A stretch of DNA of 49,721 nucleotides from Candidatus Nanohaloarchaea archaeon. GTDB taxonomy: Archaea > EX4484-52 > GLR71. Position 1 is the first letter of the stretch. Each line of letters begins with the position of its first letter. Shown piece after piece: positions 1-7,855 of the stretch. Made by a program: the position numbers and the translations under genes. Below the pieces are notes generated by a model. It made no database searches. It had not been told where the DNA came from and was given only the letters and a program-made list of their open reading frames with translations. The stretch spans positions 1 to 49,721 of the forward strand of contig JAUVES010000001.1 of the NCBI GenBank assembly GCA_030594675.1, written 5' to 3'.

Positions 1-141
1 CAAAATAATAGGTTGATGCGTCGCCACGGCTATTGATCTCCATAAAAAAGCAAAATACATTTCGTCGTCGGCAGTGATGTCTTTAGAAACATACGCACTG
101 GCAGCCGTCAAATCAAGGCAATAGCTTCCATCCATATCAAG
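1..141. repeat. 141-bp direct repeat of 49581-49721 (circular assembly overlap)
   Basis: Positions 1-141 are identical to 49581-49721, and a minus-strand ORF reads through the junction. Confidence 0.95.
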
Positions 142-231
142 ACCAGCGATAGAAACAACTGCCGCATTGGCCTCAGCATCCCAAAGGTCATCTCCACCAC
201 TTTCAAAACCATCTATGAAGATTCTACCCAT
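1..231 (-). CDS. 5' part of the junction-spanning virion protein (continues in 48831-49721; 326 aa in total)
   Basis: ATG at 231 (MGRIFIDGFESGGDDLW...) is in frame with MDGSYC at 135/49715 and lies 2 nt after the stop of 234..578. Confidence 0.85.
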   Translation of the reverse strand, partial: MGRIFIDGFESGGDDLWDAEANAAVVSIAGLDMDGSYCLDLTAASAYVSKDITADDEMYFAFLWRSIAVATHQPIIL

Positions 232-233
232 CT

Positions 234-578
234 TTACTCATCTCCATAAAAAGGCGTAATAGCAAGAAATGCATGAGACCCATCAATAGCACTTTTAAAC
301 TTTAGTGCCCGAATATTATCGGCTCCACGAATCCAGATTCCATCACCGTCCTTCTGCAATACATGTCCAAGACCACCAGAAACAGGATCAGCCGTGAAAC
401 TGTAACGGAGCGGATTAGCACTACAAGTGATGAAGATGCTTGAGATAAGAACTCCATCGACTTTAAATAAGATCCCTGCCACACCTGTGTCGATGTTCTG
501 AATAGCATTAGTTGATGTTTCTGAAACTGTCGTCCCAGCTTTTCCCCAAAATTCTATAACTCTTCTTGTCACACTCAT
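234..578 (-). CDS. Hypothetical protein, late operon
   Basis: 114-aa ORF with an ATGA overlap to the upstream HNH gene. Confidence 0.7.
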   Translation of the reverse strand: MSVTRRVIEFWGKAGTTVSETSTNAIQNIDTGVAGILFKVDGVLISSIFITCSANPLRYSFTADPVSGGLGHVLQKDGDGIWIRGADNIRALKFKSAIDGSHAFLAITPFYGDE

Positions 579-934
579 ATGTCGACTCCATCTCCGCCGA
601 AAACTAGCGGAATTAAATGGTTATTCTTGATATTATGAATCTTCTCATGACACTTATCACAGACGCCAAGAAGATCACTCAGAGGTTCCCGTCCAAATCG
701 CTTGTAAGTCAGATGATGCGTAGCCTCGACACTTGCAACTCCGCATACCTCACAGACGTTCAGACAACGAGCTCTGACCATCCGTTTCAATTCCCGCCAC
801 TCCGGTGACAAAAGATAGTCATAATAACGTTGTTTTCGCTCCTGATCTTCGTTCGATTTTTGAACAAAGGGTTGATCATAAAACTGCTCAGCAGGGTTTG
901 TTCGCATTCGCTCGCCAGAAAGAAGAGTATTCAT
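575..934 (-). CDS. HNH endonuclease (terminase-adjacent)
   Basis: CEVCG...HHLTY...CDKCHEKIH zinc/HNH motif; ATGA overlap with the terminase gene. Confidence 0.85.
   Translation of the reverse strand: MNTLLSGERMRTNPAEQFYDQPFVQKSNEDQERKQRYYDYLLSPEWRELKRMVRARCLNVCEVCGVASVEATHHLTYKRFGREPLSDLLGVCDKCHEKIHNIKNNHLIPLVFGGDGVDI
847..869. repeat. 23-bp palindrome, copy 1 (CTTCGTTC GATTTTT GAACAAAG)
   Basis: Matches the genome-wide consensus; inside the HNH CDS. Confidence 0.9.
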
Positions 935-2454
935 GCCAGCCTCCTTCCTCGTTTTAGCGGCTTTTCAAACTGAAGCTCAGCGAACTCATCATTGTTAGGA
1001 TCTTCCCAGACTGGATCAAAATAGATAGAAAGATCATCCATCAGTTTGACGATATAGGCAAAACTATCCATACAGTCCCACAACTTAGATCTTGGAAAGC
1101 CCATAAGTTGACTCTCAAGCTTGTCACATTTTCCCTTCGCATGATAAATATAATGGTTGCGATAGTAAGGCGCTAAGCAAGCAATTCGTTCTTCTTTCTT
1201 AGCCACAGCCTTAAGTTCAATATACTGAGCAAAAACATTTTGAACTCTCATCTCGTTCTCAAAAGGCTGTGAGATAAACTGATGCAAAGACGTTACCTCG
1301 ACTGCTAGAATAAAAGCCTTTAAACGAAAGACCATCTGGAAAGCTTCCTTGTAAATCTGATCAGGATAGAATTTTCCAGCTACAACTTCCCTGACAAAAA
1401 TCTTTTTTGAAGCCCTGTCTACTCCAATTCCAACTATCGCAGTATCAGCATTTTGAATCTGGACTTCCTTGGCAGGATCAACTATGACAACATTGATGAG
1501 ATTTTCGATGTCAACAGTTTCGGTTTTGGCTGGAGTTTCTGGATCAGGATAGCACGTCAGTTGCTTGACACCCTCAGTGAAGTACCGGAAGTTCTCAGGC
1601 TTGAAGTTAGCAGTTTCAGAAGCCACGGGGATGTTTCTCATCTCACGGTAAAAAATATCCAGCGTCCCGTTAGCTTTATGTTCCTCGACCTCAGATTTGA
1701 TTTCTTCAGTTGTCATAAAGCTGGGCGCTAATGATTCATAGTTGTCGTCGCAGACACTGAGATGAAGACCTGTCCAAGTTTTGTTCTCCAGGAGATCCTG
1801 AAGTAGCGCGTCTTCGTGTTTAAGAGTATCAATATAAACAAAGTTATAGTCTTTGTCATAGCGAGAAATGCACTTAGTCACATCAGAGAAGAACCATTCT
1901 TTATTCTTTTTTCTGATGTTATCGTTGGCAATTTCGCCTTTGTCTTCAAGATCATCAATAACGATGAGGTCTGGTCGATGCCCATGGTAGAGAAGTCCAC
2001 GTATCTGTTGCCCAGCGCCCCTTGGAAGTACCAGAGTTCCACCTGTCGTAACCCAAGCTTTTTTGGAAAACTGTTCCTCATATTCAGCCTCGATGCGTTT
2101 AGTCTTGACGGATCCAAAGAACTTTCGGACCTCAGTATTAGACAGAAGCTCATGCTTTAAACTATCAGTCTGAATCATTGCGTTGTCAGCACTGTTAGAG
2201 AGGAAGACAATAAACTTCTTAGTCTCAAATAAAATATGTCTTGAGCATAGGCCATAAAGAACCATCGAGGTCTTGCCAATTCCTCTTGGAGCCGCGATGA
2301 CGACCTTTTGGTGGCCGCTGTCCATTTTTTCTAGCATCTGATAATGAAGAGGACTATATGTAGCTGTGAAGATTTCAGGGAAGAAAAACTTAGCATGGAA
2401 GCCCGTTGAGATCGAGCATCTAGCAAGAATATCTTTTGTATCGGCATCTAACAT
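931..2454 (-). CDS. terL: Terminase large subunit
   Basis: Walker A PRGIGKT, Walker B LIVIDDLE, nuclease VDPA...D and C-terminal D motif; 507 aa. Confidence 0.93.
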   Translation of the reverse strand: MLDADTKDILARCSISTGFHAKFFFPEIFTATYSPLHYQMLEKMDSGHQKVVIAAPRGIGKTSMVLYGLCSRHILFETKKFIVFLSNSADNAMIQTDSLKHELLSNTEVRKFFGSVKTKRIEAEYEEQFSKKAWVTTGGTLVLPRGAGQQIRGLLYHGHRPDLIVIDDLEDKGEIANDNIRKKNKEWFFSDVTKCISRYDKDYNFVYIDTLKHEDALLQDLLENKTWTGLHLSVCDDNYESLAPSFMTTEEIKSEVEEHKANGTLDIFYREMRNIPVASETANFKPENFRYFTEGVKQLTCYPDPETPAKTETVDIENLINVVIVDPAKEVQIQNADTAIVGIGVDRASKKIFVREVVAGKFYPDQIYKEAFQMVFRLKAFILAVEVTSLHQFISQPFENEMRVQNVFAQYIELKAVAKKEERIACLAPYYRNHYIYHAKGKCDKLESQLMGFPRSKLWDCMDSFAYIVKLMDDLSIYFDPVWEDPNNDEFAELQFEKPLKRGRRLA

Positions 2455-2624
2455 TAAAATCCTCTACATTTTCTTTTCATCCAAATCTTAGCTTCTTGTC
2501 TGACTTGTTCGAGTTTATCTTCCATCTGTTCATTGCTAAGATTGCTAAGATTGCAATTACAACTTACTGGTTTGCTCCCTTTAGTCGCCAATGAAGTTAT
2601 GTCTGATATTTTAATTTTGTCCAT
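2454..2624 (-). CDS. Small hypothetical protein
   Basis: Likely start MDKIK with GAGG upstream; the stop overlaps the terL ATG. Confidence 0.5.
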   Translation of the reverse strand: MDKIKISDITSLATKGSKPVSCNCNLSNLSNEQMEDKLEQVRQEAKIWMKRKCRGF

Positions 2625-2808
2625 AGCTACCTGTCCTCTGTTCTGCCAGTTCGCTCCAGCCACTAGTTCGCTGCAGATCAAACTGCGTTCCATCTTTGTT
2701 CAATTTCCGAACGAAGTCAGGAGAATCAGCAGCTACGATTGAGGTCACAGAGAAGATTCCTGTCTTCATAAGACTGTCTGATCTTTCTTTGGTCATACTA
2801 AGATTCAT
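2611..2808 (-). CDS. Small hypothetical protein
   Basis: 65-aa ORF with a GGAG RBS. Confidence 0.45.
   Translation of the reverse strand: MNLSMTKERSDSLMKTGIFSVTSIVAADSPDFVRKLNKDGTQFDLQRTSGWSELAEQRTGSYGQN
2694..2716. repeat. 23-bp palindrome, copy 2 (CTTTGTTC AATTTCC GAACGAAG)
   Basis: Consensus match. Confidence 0.9.
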
Positions 2809-2825
2809 GTTTTAAGCTCCATTTC

Positions 2826-2978
2826 TTATCGAGAAACTTCTTCCGGTATCTTATACCATCTAGGTCCCAGGTTTGTGCCAACAGATACTTCTGTTATTCT
2901 ACCTGTATCTTCGTGTTGCCAGCTTTGAAGTTTTCTACTATTTTTGTCCGATTTTTCCTATAGCTTATCAAGACTCAT
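2826..2978 (-). pseudogene. 50-codon ORF interrupted by TAG at codon 7
   Basis: GAGGAG RBS; MSLDKL*EKSDKNSRKLQSWQHEDTGRITEVSVGTNLGPRWYKIPEEVSR fills the gap after the putative terS. Confidence 0.5.
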
Positions 2979-3593
2979 CTAAACTCTCTCCTCTTTGACA
3001 ATCTCTGCTTCAACAATGCCCATTTCTGTTCCGAGGGAAACACCTCGATCTCTTATTTCAACGATATCCTCGGCGGTTAGAACTGCGTGAACGCCCTTGA
3101 CGTTGATGTTCTTTGAGGGGGCAAATCCACCAAGAGAGAGGAGACCAAAGGCGTTCTTAGATTTTAGCATTGCAGAAATATCACTGCTTGTGATGGTTTC
3201 AGTCAGAAACTCTATGCATTTTGGCAGGGCTTCTTGAATCTGGATTGCCACATCAACTGACTCTCTGTCACGTGCAGCTCGGAGTATCGATAGCTGCTCT
3301 TTAACGACTGGACTGTGCCGGATGGTGGAGACGTATTCTGAGGTAATGCCAGCTTCTTTCGCTACCTCTTGATTACTTAGGCCCAGCAGGAGCATTCTAG
3401 CAACCTCGTGATGCTTATCTGTCATTTCCGTTACCCGATATGTTCGAGCTTTTTTACCGCTTGGAACTCGCCGGAGGTCTGCCGAGCCATCTTGACATTT
3501 TTTGTAACTTCCGCCTGGCGCCAGTTGGTTCTTTTGAACTTCCCAGCGATCTCCAGTGGTTCCGCTTTTAGTTTTTACGAGCGTTGTGGCCAT
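2979..3593 (-). CDS. Putative terminase small subunit (HTH DNA-binding protein)
   Basis: HTH-like GLSNQEVAKEAGITSEYVSTIR; first gene of the minus arm, upstream of terL; AGGAG RBS before MATT. Confidence 0.65.
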   Translation of the reverse strand: MATTLVKTKSGTTGDRWEVQKNQLAPGGSYKKCQDGSADLRRVPSGKKARTYRVTEMTDKHHEVARMLLLGLSNQEVAKEAGITSEYVSTIRHSPVVKEQLSILRAARDRESVDVAIQIQEALPKCIEFLTETITSSDISAMLKSKNAFGLLSLGGFAPSKNINVKGVHAVLTAEDIVEIRDRGVSLGTEMGIVEAEIVKEERV

Positions 3594-3696
3594 GTTTGAC
3601 TTTCTCCTTCTTGTTATTATGACGGAAGCGTTTGTTAGTGTCAATAAGGCAGCGGAGTGCCTTGAAGCGTCTTGGTTCTTTGACTGATATATAAGG

Positions 3697-3789
3697 ATCT
3701 TTTATGATAATTTCTGGAAAATTTTATGATCTTCTATGTAAATTTTAGAAAATTTTTCAATCTTCTATATAAATTTTTAGAAAATTTTG
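3697..3789. repeat. Three tandem ~31-bp AT-rich repeats (ATCTTCTATRTAAATTTTAGAAAATTTT-like)
   Basis: Units start at 3697, 3729 and 3760. Confidence 0.8.
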
Positions 3790-3859
3790 TGAGCAGGGGT
3801 TTTGTGGAAGTCTTGAACTTAATCTCCCCCTTCGAGTTTTCAGCTCAATTTCATTTTAT

Positions 3860-3887
3860 TTGACATTCTTGTCGTTTATGATATGAT
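3860..3887 (+). promoter_or_regulatory. Sigma70-type early promoter
   Basis: TTGACA-16 nt-TATGAT with an extended -10 TG. Confidence 0.65.
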
Positions 3888-3894
3888 ATTTAAC

Positions 3895-3954
3895 ATGATT
3901 AGATTCATTATCACGATATTATTCATTGCAATTTGCCTCGGTAAGTTGTTCTAA
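3895..3954 (+). CDS. Putative leaderless 19-aa hydrophobic peptide
   Basis: MIRFIITILFIAICLGKLF; the ATG falls at the predicted transcription start. Confidence 0.35.
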   Translation: MIRFIITILFIAICLGKLF

Positions 3955-3969
3955 CCAGGAGATGTTACC

Positions 3970-4065
3970 ATGAACACGTTTATAGTAATGGTATTAATCA
4001 CACTCGGTGTTATTGACATTATATGGTTATTGGATTTTATATTTGACATAACGATAATCATGTGA
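3970..4065 (+). CDS. 31-aa hydrophobic peptide
   Basis: AGGAG RBS; MNTFIVMVLITLGVIDIIWLLDFIFDITIIM. Confidence 0.5.
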   Translation: MNTFIVMVLITLGVIDIIWLLDFIFDITIIM

Positions 4066-4071
4066 TATAAC
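4043..4071 (+). promoter_or_regulatory. Sigma70-type early promoter
   Basis: TTGACA-17 nt-TATAAC with an extended -10 TG. Confidence 0.7.
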
Positions 4072-4127
4072 GTAACGTAACAATCAAACTCAATCGTCAT
4101 TATACGATTGTTTTAGATATTTGATAA

Positions 4128-4422
4128 TTTGAATGTATGGTATGGCGTATGGTGCATATGGAGAATTATTATGCCAAATACATCAACACGACAATCCGTT
4201 ACAGATGAACTAGACCATGATACAATGCTTGAGATTAAAAAACATATCCTTATGGTTAACATGGATGGCATTAATCACGATTGGTGCGAAGGTTATTTTT
4301 GTGCCCATGTTAATCTAGGTACCATCACAGAAAATGAACATGAAACATTATTGACCTGGCTAGATAACATATACAAATAACATATACAAATAACATGCCA
4401 TACGTCATACCATGCATTCAAA
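4128..4422. repeat. Inverted repeat pair 1 (4128-4153 / 4397-4422) enclosing one gene
   Basis: 26 bp: 23 Watson-Crick plus 3 G-U pairs on the + strand. Confidence 0.9.
4171..4380 (+). CDS. Early hypothetical protein
   Basis: GGAG RBS before MPNTS; 69 aa. Confidence 0.7.
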   Translation: MPNTSTRQSVTDELDHDTMLEIKKHILMVNMDGINHDWCEGYFCAHVNLGTITENEHETLLTWLDNIYK

Positions 4423-4515
4423 ATGAATCGGCCTCCGCCAGTAATGGAACCATGCCGAACACAGGTAATGCTGTGAGGACACGACGGGACATTACTGCTA
4501 CCGTACCAAGCGGAT

Positions 4516-4792
4516 TTTATTGATTATCTAATTATGAGTATGATACAAACATAACCATAATGAGGTAATGATATGAAAATATATAATGTAGTTGAAATAT
4601 GCGATAACGGGGAGTTTACAACTATAGTTACGGATAATGGGAATAGTATTCAACTGCCAAAGGGCACTAGACATTCAATTATAATCCAGCCAGTAATGGA
4701 TCCTTCTCAGACAATTACTGTGTCAATTGATTTGCACCTGGGATAACAAACACAAACAATATTATCATACTCATAGCTAGGTAATCAATAAA
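4516..4792. repeat. Inverted repeat pair 2 (4516-4545 / 4763-4792) enclosing one gene
   Basis: 30 bp: 27 Watson-Crick, 2 G-U, 1 A-C. Confidence 0.9.
4573..4746 (+). CDS. Early hypothetical protein (57 aa, not in the ORF track)
   Basis: GAGGT RBS; MKIYNVVEICDNGEFTTIVTDNGNSIQLPKG... Confidence 0.65.
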   Translation: MKIYNVVEICDNGEFTTIVTDNGNSIQLPKGTRHSIIIQPVMDPSQTITVSIDLHLG

Positions 4793-4835
4793 TGCTCACA
4801 GGTCTAATTTTGGCCCTAAGGGTTATAATACCAAC

Positions 4836-4858
4836 CTATGTTCAAAAAACGAACGAAG
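4836..4858. repeat. 23-bp palindrome, copy 3 (CTATGTTC AAAAAAC GAACGAAG)
   Basis: Consensus match. Confidence 0.9.
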
Positions 4859-4887
4859 CGGCACAATGTGCCAAAGGAGCCAAAACT

Positions 4888-5310
4888 ATGCCAAAAATAA
4901 ACGAAGCAAATCGTATTGAAGACCTGACCTATGGCGAGTTCTTTAACGTGCAGCTCCATAATGGAGACAACCCAGCAGTTGACCTTACAGTTGACTTCAC
5001 AGGTATGCCGGTCAAAACTATGGCAAAACTTGCCTGGGATGCTATGAAAGTGAAGTTCAGACCCCATGTGAAGGGCATGACAACTGAAGCTTTTCTCAAA
5101 TCTTTCAACCATCAAACAGTTACATGGAGGGAGATGATCACGAAAAGCGGGGCAACTTCTAAGATCGCCATCGCAGAAAAATCGCCAGAAGAAATAGCAA
5201 GCGAAATATCCAGATTGCAAGCGCTTCTTTCGACTAGCGTCTCAAAAGACGACGAGCCCGTTGAGAACAGTAATAACATAAATGATGAGAATTATGTACC
5301 TGAAAGCTAA
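4888..5310 (+). CDS. Early hypothetical protein
   Basis: AAGGAG RBS before MPKIN; 140 aa. Confidence 0.75.
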   Translation: MPKINEANRIEDLTYGEFFNVQLHNGDNPAVDLTVDFTGMPVKTMAKLAWDAMKVKFRPHVKGMTTEAFLKSFNHQTVTWREMITKSGATSKIAIAEKSPEEIASEISRLQALLSTSVSKDDEPVENSNNINDENYVPES

Positions 5311-5513
5311 ACGCTAAGCTAAATGCTAAGCTAACCTTCAGGGTCAAAATTAGGCCTGTGAGTCTCGACTACGTCTTGAAGAATACGTTTTCAGGCGGGT
5401 CAGGTGCGCCTGCGGCCAGTTTTCGTCTAAGCGATAATTAGAACGTCTCGTTCAATGGAGTTCTCCGCAGAAAAACAAGTTCATCTAGCTACTCATAAAT
5501 ATATAAATGTACG

Positions 5514-5828
5514 CCATGTATGTTTTGTACGCCGTGTACGTTATGTTTGTCGTGTATGCCCGGGGGGTCACCCCAACAATTTGAATATTGTGAACATAGG
5601 TAGGCAGGTTTGGAGAGGGGGGATGGGTTCTTAAGTTAGATATATATATATATATTTTATATATATAATAATATTAGTCAAATAAAACAATTCAGTAAAA
5701 ACAACTAAAACAAGACGTTTTCCACTCCATTCCACTTCGTTCAACAATTTTAAAATGTGGAAATGGGGGGGTCGGTTTACATGACGCACACGACACACAC
5801 AGCGTACACAGCATACAAACACACATGG
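5514..5828. repeat. Large imperfect inverted repeat around an AT tract (origin-like)
   Basis: Arms 5514-5558 and 5785-5828; G-runs inside both arms; (TA)n-rich core at about 5639-5675. Confidence 0.75.
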
Positions 5829-5850
5829 AATACCAGCTAACCATAACTTA

Positions 5851-5879
5851 TTGACACTACCAAACAGTCATGTTATAAA
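5851..5879 (+). promoter_or_regulatory. Sigma70-type promoter
   Basis: TTGACA-17 nt-TATAAA with an extended -10 TG. Confidence 0.7.
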
Positions 5880-5931
5880 GGAATTATAATAAATAATAAC
5901 AATAATAAAATGTAGAAAGGAATAAAAAGAA

Positions 5932-6114
5932 ATGCTTAAAACACTTTTAGATAAACGCTTAGAACTAGTTAAAAGAATATCCGCAGTAGAAGAAGAAATA
6001 AAAGAACTTGACATAGAACTATTGTTAGAACTGGTAAAACATAAAAGATACTTAGACATAGATATAAACTATGACAAACTATATGTAACTGAATACAGAA
6101 AGGAGCTAAAATGA
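5932..6114 (+). CDS. Hypothetical protein
   Basis: AAGGA RBS; ATGA coupling to the next gene. Confidence 0.65.
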   Translation: MLKTLLDKRLELVKRISAVEEEIKELDIELLLELVKHKRYLDIDINYDKLYVTEYRKELK

Positions 6115-6323
6115 CTAAAAAAGAATTGCTGGAAGATCTTAAAGACTGGCCTGAGGATACTGAGATTGAAATCGCAATAGCAAAAAACGTTCATGCTGCC
6201 GAGCCAGTCATGGAATCAGACAAGTATTGGTTAGAAATATTTATGGTAGAAATGCCTAATCCAGATCCCAAAGATACAAATAAGCATTGCTTGTTATTTG
6301 GAGGTGCTATAACAATGGGTTAA
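6111..6323 (+). CDS. Hypothetical protein
   Basis: AGGAG RBS; MTKKELLEDL N-terminus typical of small phage proteins. Confidence 0.7.
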   Translation: MTKKELLEDLKDWPEDTEIEIAIAKNVHAAEPVMESDKYWLEIFMVEMPNPDPKDTNKHCLLFGGAITMG

Positions 6324-6330
6324 ACAGCAG

Positions 6331-6353
6331 CTATGTTCAAAAAATGAACGAAG
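6331..6353. repeat. 23-bp palindrome, copy 4 (CTATGTTC AAAAAAT GAACGAAG)
   Basis: Consensus match; intergenic. Confidence 0.9.
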
Positions 6354-6363
6354 AAGGAAAAAT

Positions 6364-6582
6364 ATGAAACTACCAACAAAAGATAAGCAGCTGAGAAAAA
6401 TACTCCTAGAGCAACTCAATAAAGATGACAAAAAGCGAAAAAGAAAGAAATCTAACTTAGCAGTGCCAGGAAGATATCAGAGGCCAACTAAGGAAGAGCT
6501 AAAAGCCATAGATCAAAAATCACATCAGAAGCTAGAAGTTATGAGAAACGAGCTGAAGGGAGATAAATATCACGATGCTTAA
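6364..6582 (+). CDS. Basic hypothetical protein
   Basis: AAGGA RBS; 72 aa. Confidence 0.6.
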   Translation: MKLPTKDKQLRKILLEQLNKDDKKRKRKKSNLAVPGRYQRPTKEELKAIDQKSHQKLEVMRNELKGDKYHDA

Positions 6583-7114
6583 AAATGAGAACAACTCGAC
6601 TAACGTCTCAAAAAAACTTAGAAATGAGAACAAAACAACGTTCGTGGTTAGTGTAAGAATTGATATAAGACATTTAGCTAAAATAGCCAGTTATCTAAAT
6701 CAAAAAGGCGTCAAGCTCTCGTCTAAAGGAAAAGCCGCCAGTGAGGGTCTGAAGGTCTTAGCAGAGAATCTAAACATTCCATGTGAGACATTTGAAGACG
6801 CCCTTTTAATTCTAACTGACTTAGAATATGAGAATCCAAGAGGAATAGGAACTCGTTCTGAAAAGGCTCTCAAAGATGCTTTGAACACAGAGCTAAAGAT
6901 GAAAGAAAATCAGCCAGATATAAATGAAGCTGTTCAAGAGCAAGTAAGAATCTTTAATGAGAAAAACATAGAAGTTTCTGCGCCATCTGCTGAAGCTCAA
7001 AAAGGAGACTTTATAGTAGGAAATATATCACCAGAAGAAGCCAAGGAGCTAACTGAGAAAGAAGCCTCAGATGTCAAGAGCTTAAGAAAAGCAATGGAAG
7101 GAGTTAAGATTTAA
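6575..7114 (+). CDS. Hypothetical protein, possible ribbon-helix-helix N-terminal domain
   Basis: FVVSVRIDIRHLAKIASYL strand-helix pattern; GGAG RBS. Confidence 0.45.
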   Translation: MLKNENNSTNVSKKLRNENKTTFVVSVRIDIRHLAKIASYLNQKGVKLSSKGKAASEGLKVLAENLNIPCETFEDALLILTDLEYENPRGIGTRSEKALKDALNTELKMKENQPDINEAVQEQVRIFNEKNIEVSAPSAEAQKGDFIVGNISPEEAKELTEKEASDVKSLRKAMEGVKI

Positions 7115-7137
7115 AATGTCAACGGAGATACTGAGAA

Positions 7138-7221
7138 ATGTTTAAACTAAGCGAAGATACAGTAGAATTTTGGAAACTCATAGCAATCTTAATCTTAATC
7201 GCCCTGTGGTTTGGAAAGTAA
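7138..7221 (+). CDS. 27-aa membrane peptide
   Basis: GGAG RBS; MFKLSEDTVEFWKLIAILILIALWFGK. Confidence 0.5.
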   Translation: MFKLSEDTVEFWKLIAILILIALWFGK

Positions 7222-7249
7222 AAAGAAAGAAAGAAAAGGAGCTCGAAAA

Positions 7250-7366
7250 ATGTCTAAACTAGATAAAATTCTAATTCTCATTTTCACATTCTTGATGGGA
7301 ATAGTCTTCGGCTATACCTGGGCATGGAAAGCCCTTGAAGGAGCTTTTGAAAGAATCTTAAAATGA
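7250..7366 (+). CDS. 38-aa membrane peptide
   Basis: AAGGAG RBS; MSKLDKILILIFTFLMGIVFGYTWAWK... Confidence 0.55.
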   Translation: MSKLDKILILIFTFLMGIVFGYTWAWKALEGAFERILK

Positions 7367-7383
7367 TAAGAAAGGAGCTCAGA

Positions 7384-7662
7384 ATGCTGAAACAAGTTAA
7401 CGATAATAATTTAATAGGCAGAACAATAAAAGAACTTAAACTAACAAAAGATAGTGAGCTGATAATAGTATTTCAAGATAGTACATTTACAGTCATCAGC
7501 TCATATCCAGAAGAAGGCAACAAAAGCATCATTTATAATGATCTTCTTGACCTATCATTTATAAGGGCTAATGAAGCGATTCTTCTAAGTATGAAAATAA
7601 TTACTGAAGAAGACATAGGAAATATACACAGATTGATAGGAGAAAGGAGCTCAAAATGCTAA
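7384..7662 (+). CDS. Hypothetical protein (paralogue of 7856..8179)
   Basis: AAGGAG RBS; MLKQV...LIGRTI. Confidence 0.7.
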   Translation: MLKQVNDNNLIGRTIKELKLTKDSELIIVFQDSTFTVISSYPEEGNKSIIYNDLLDLSFIRANEAILLSMKIITEEDIGNIHRLIGERSSKC

Positions 7663-7841
7663 AAACTATCAAACAAGTTCTAATAACACGAGACAACATG
7701 ACATCTAGCGAAGCTGATGATCTCATAGCAGATGCAAAGAAAGACTTAAATGAACGTCTAGAAGATGGTGAAATGCCCTTCGATATCTGCGCCGAGTGGT
7801 TTGGATTAGAGGAAGATTATTTAGAAGAACTTATGTTTTAA
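7656..7841 (+). CDS. Acidic hypothetical protein
   Basis: AAGGAG RBS; ICAEWFGLEEDYL motif. Confidence 0.7.
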   Translation: MLKTIKQVLITRDNMTSSEADDLIADAKKDLNERLEDGEMPFDICAEWFGLEEDYLEELMF

Positions 7842-7855
7842 AAGGATAACCCAAA

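Larger units (their letters stand above)
4795..5362. repeat. Inverted repeat pair 3 (4795-4825 / 5332-5362) enclosing one gene
   Basis: 31 bp: 27 Watson-Crick, 3 G-U, 1 A-C. Confidence 0.9.

Noticed and set aside
1..141. Terminal direct repeat as a biological genome end
   Set aside because: It falls in the middle of a gene, and 141 nt equals a common assembler k-mer length, so it is best read as a circular-assembly overlap
4450..4464. CCATGCCGAACACAG resembles 5S rRNA loop C
   Set aside because: The closing helix and the rest of 5S rRNA are absent; probably coincidence
4364..5334. Short tandem repeats TAACATATACAAA (4364-4396) and GCTAAGCTAAA-like (5305-5334)
   Set aside because: Only 2-3 copies at gene ends, consistent with local slippage; no function supportable
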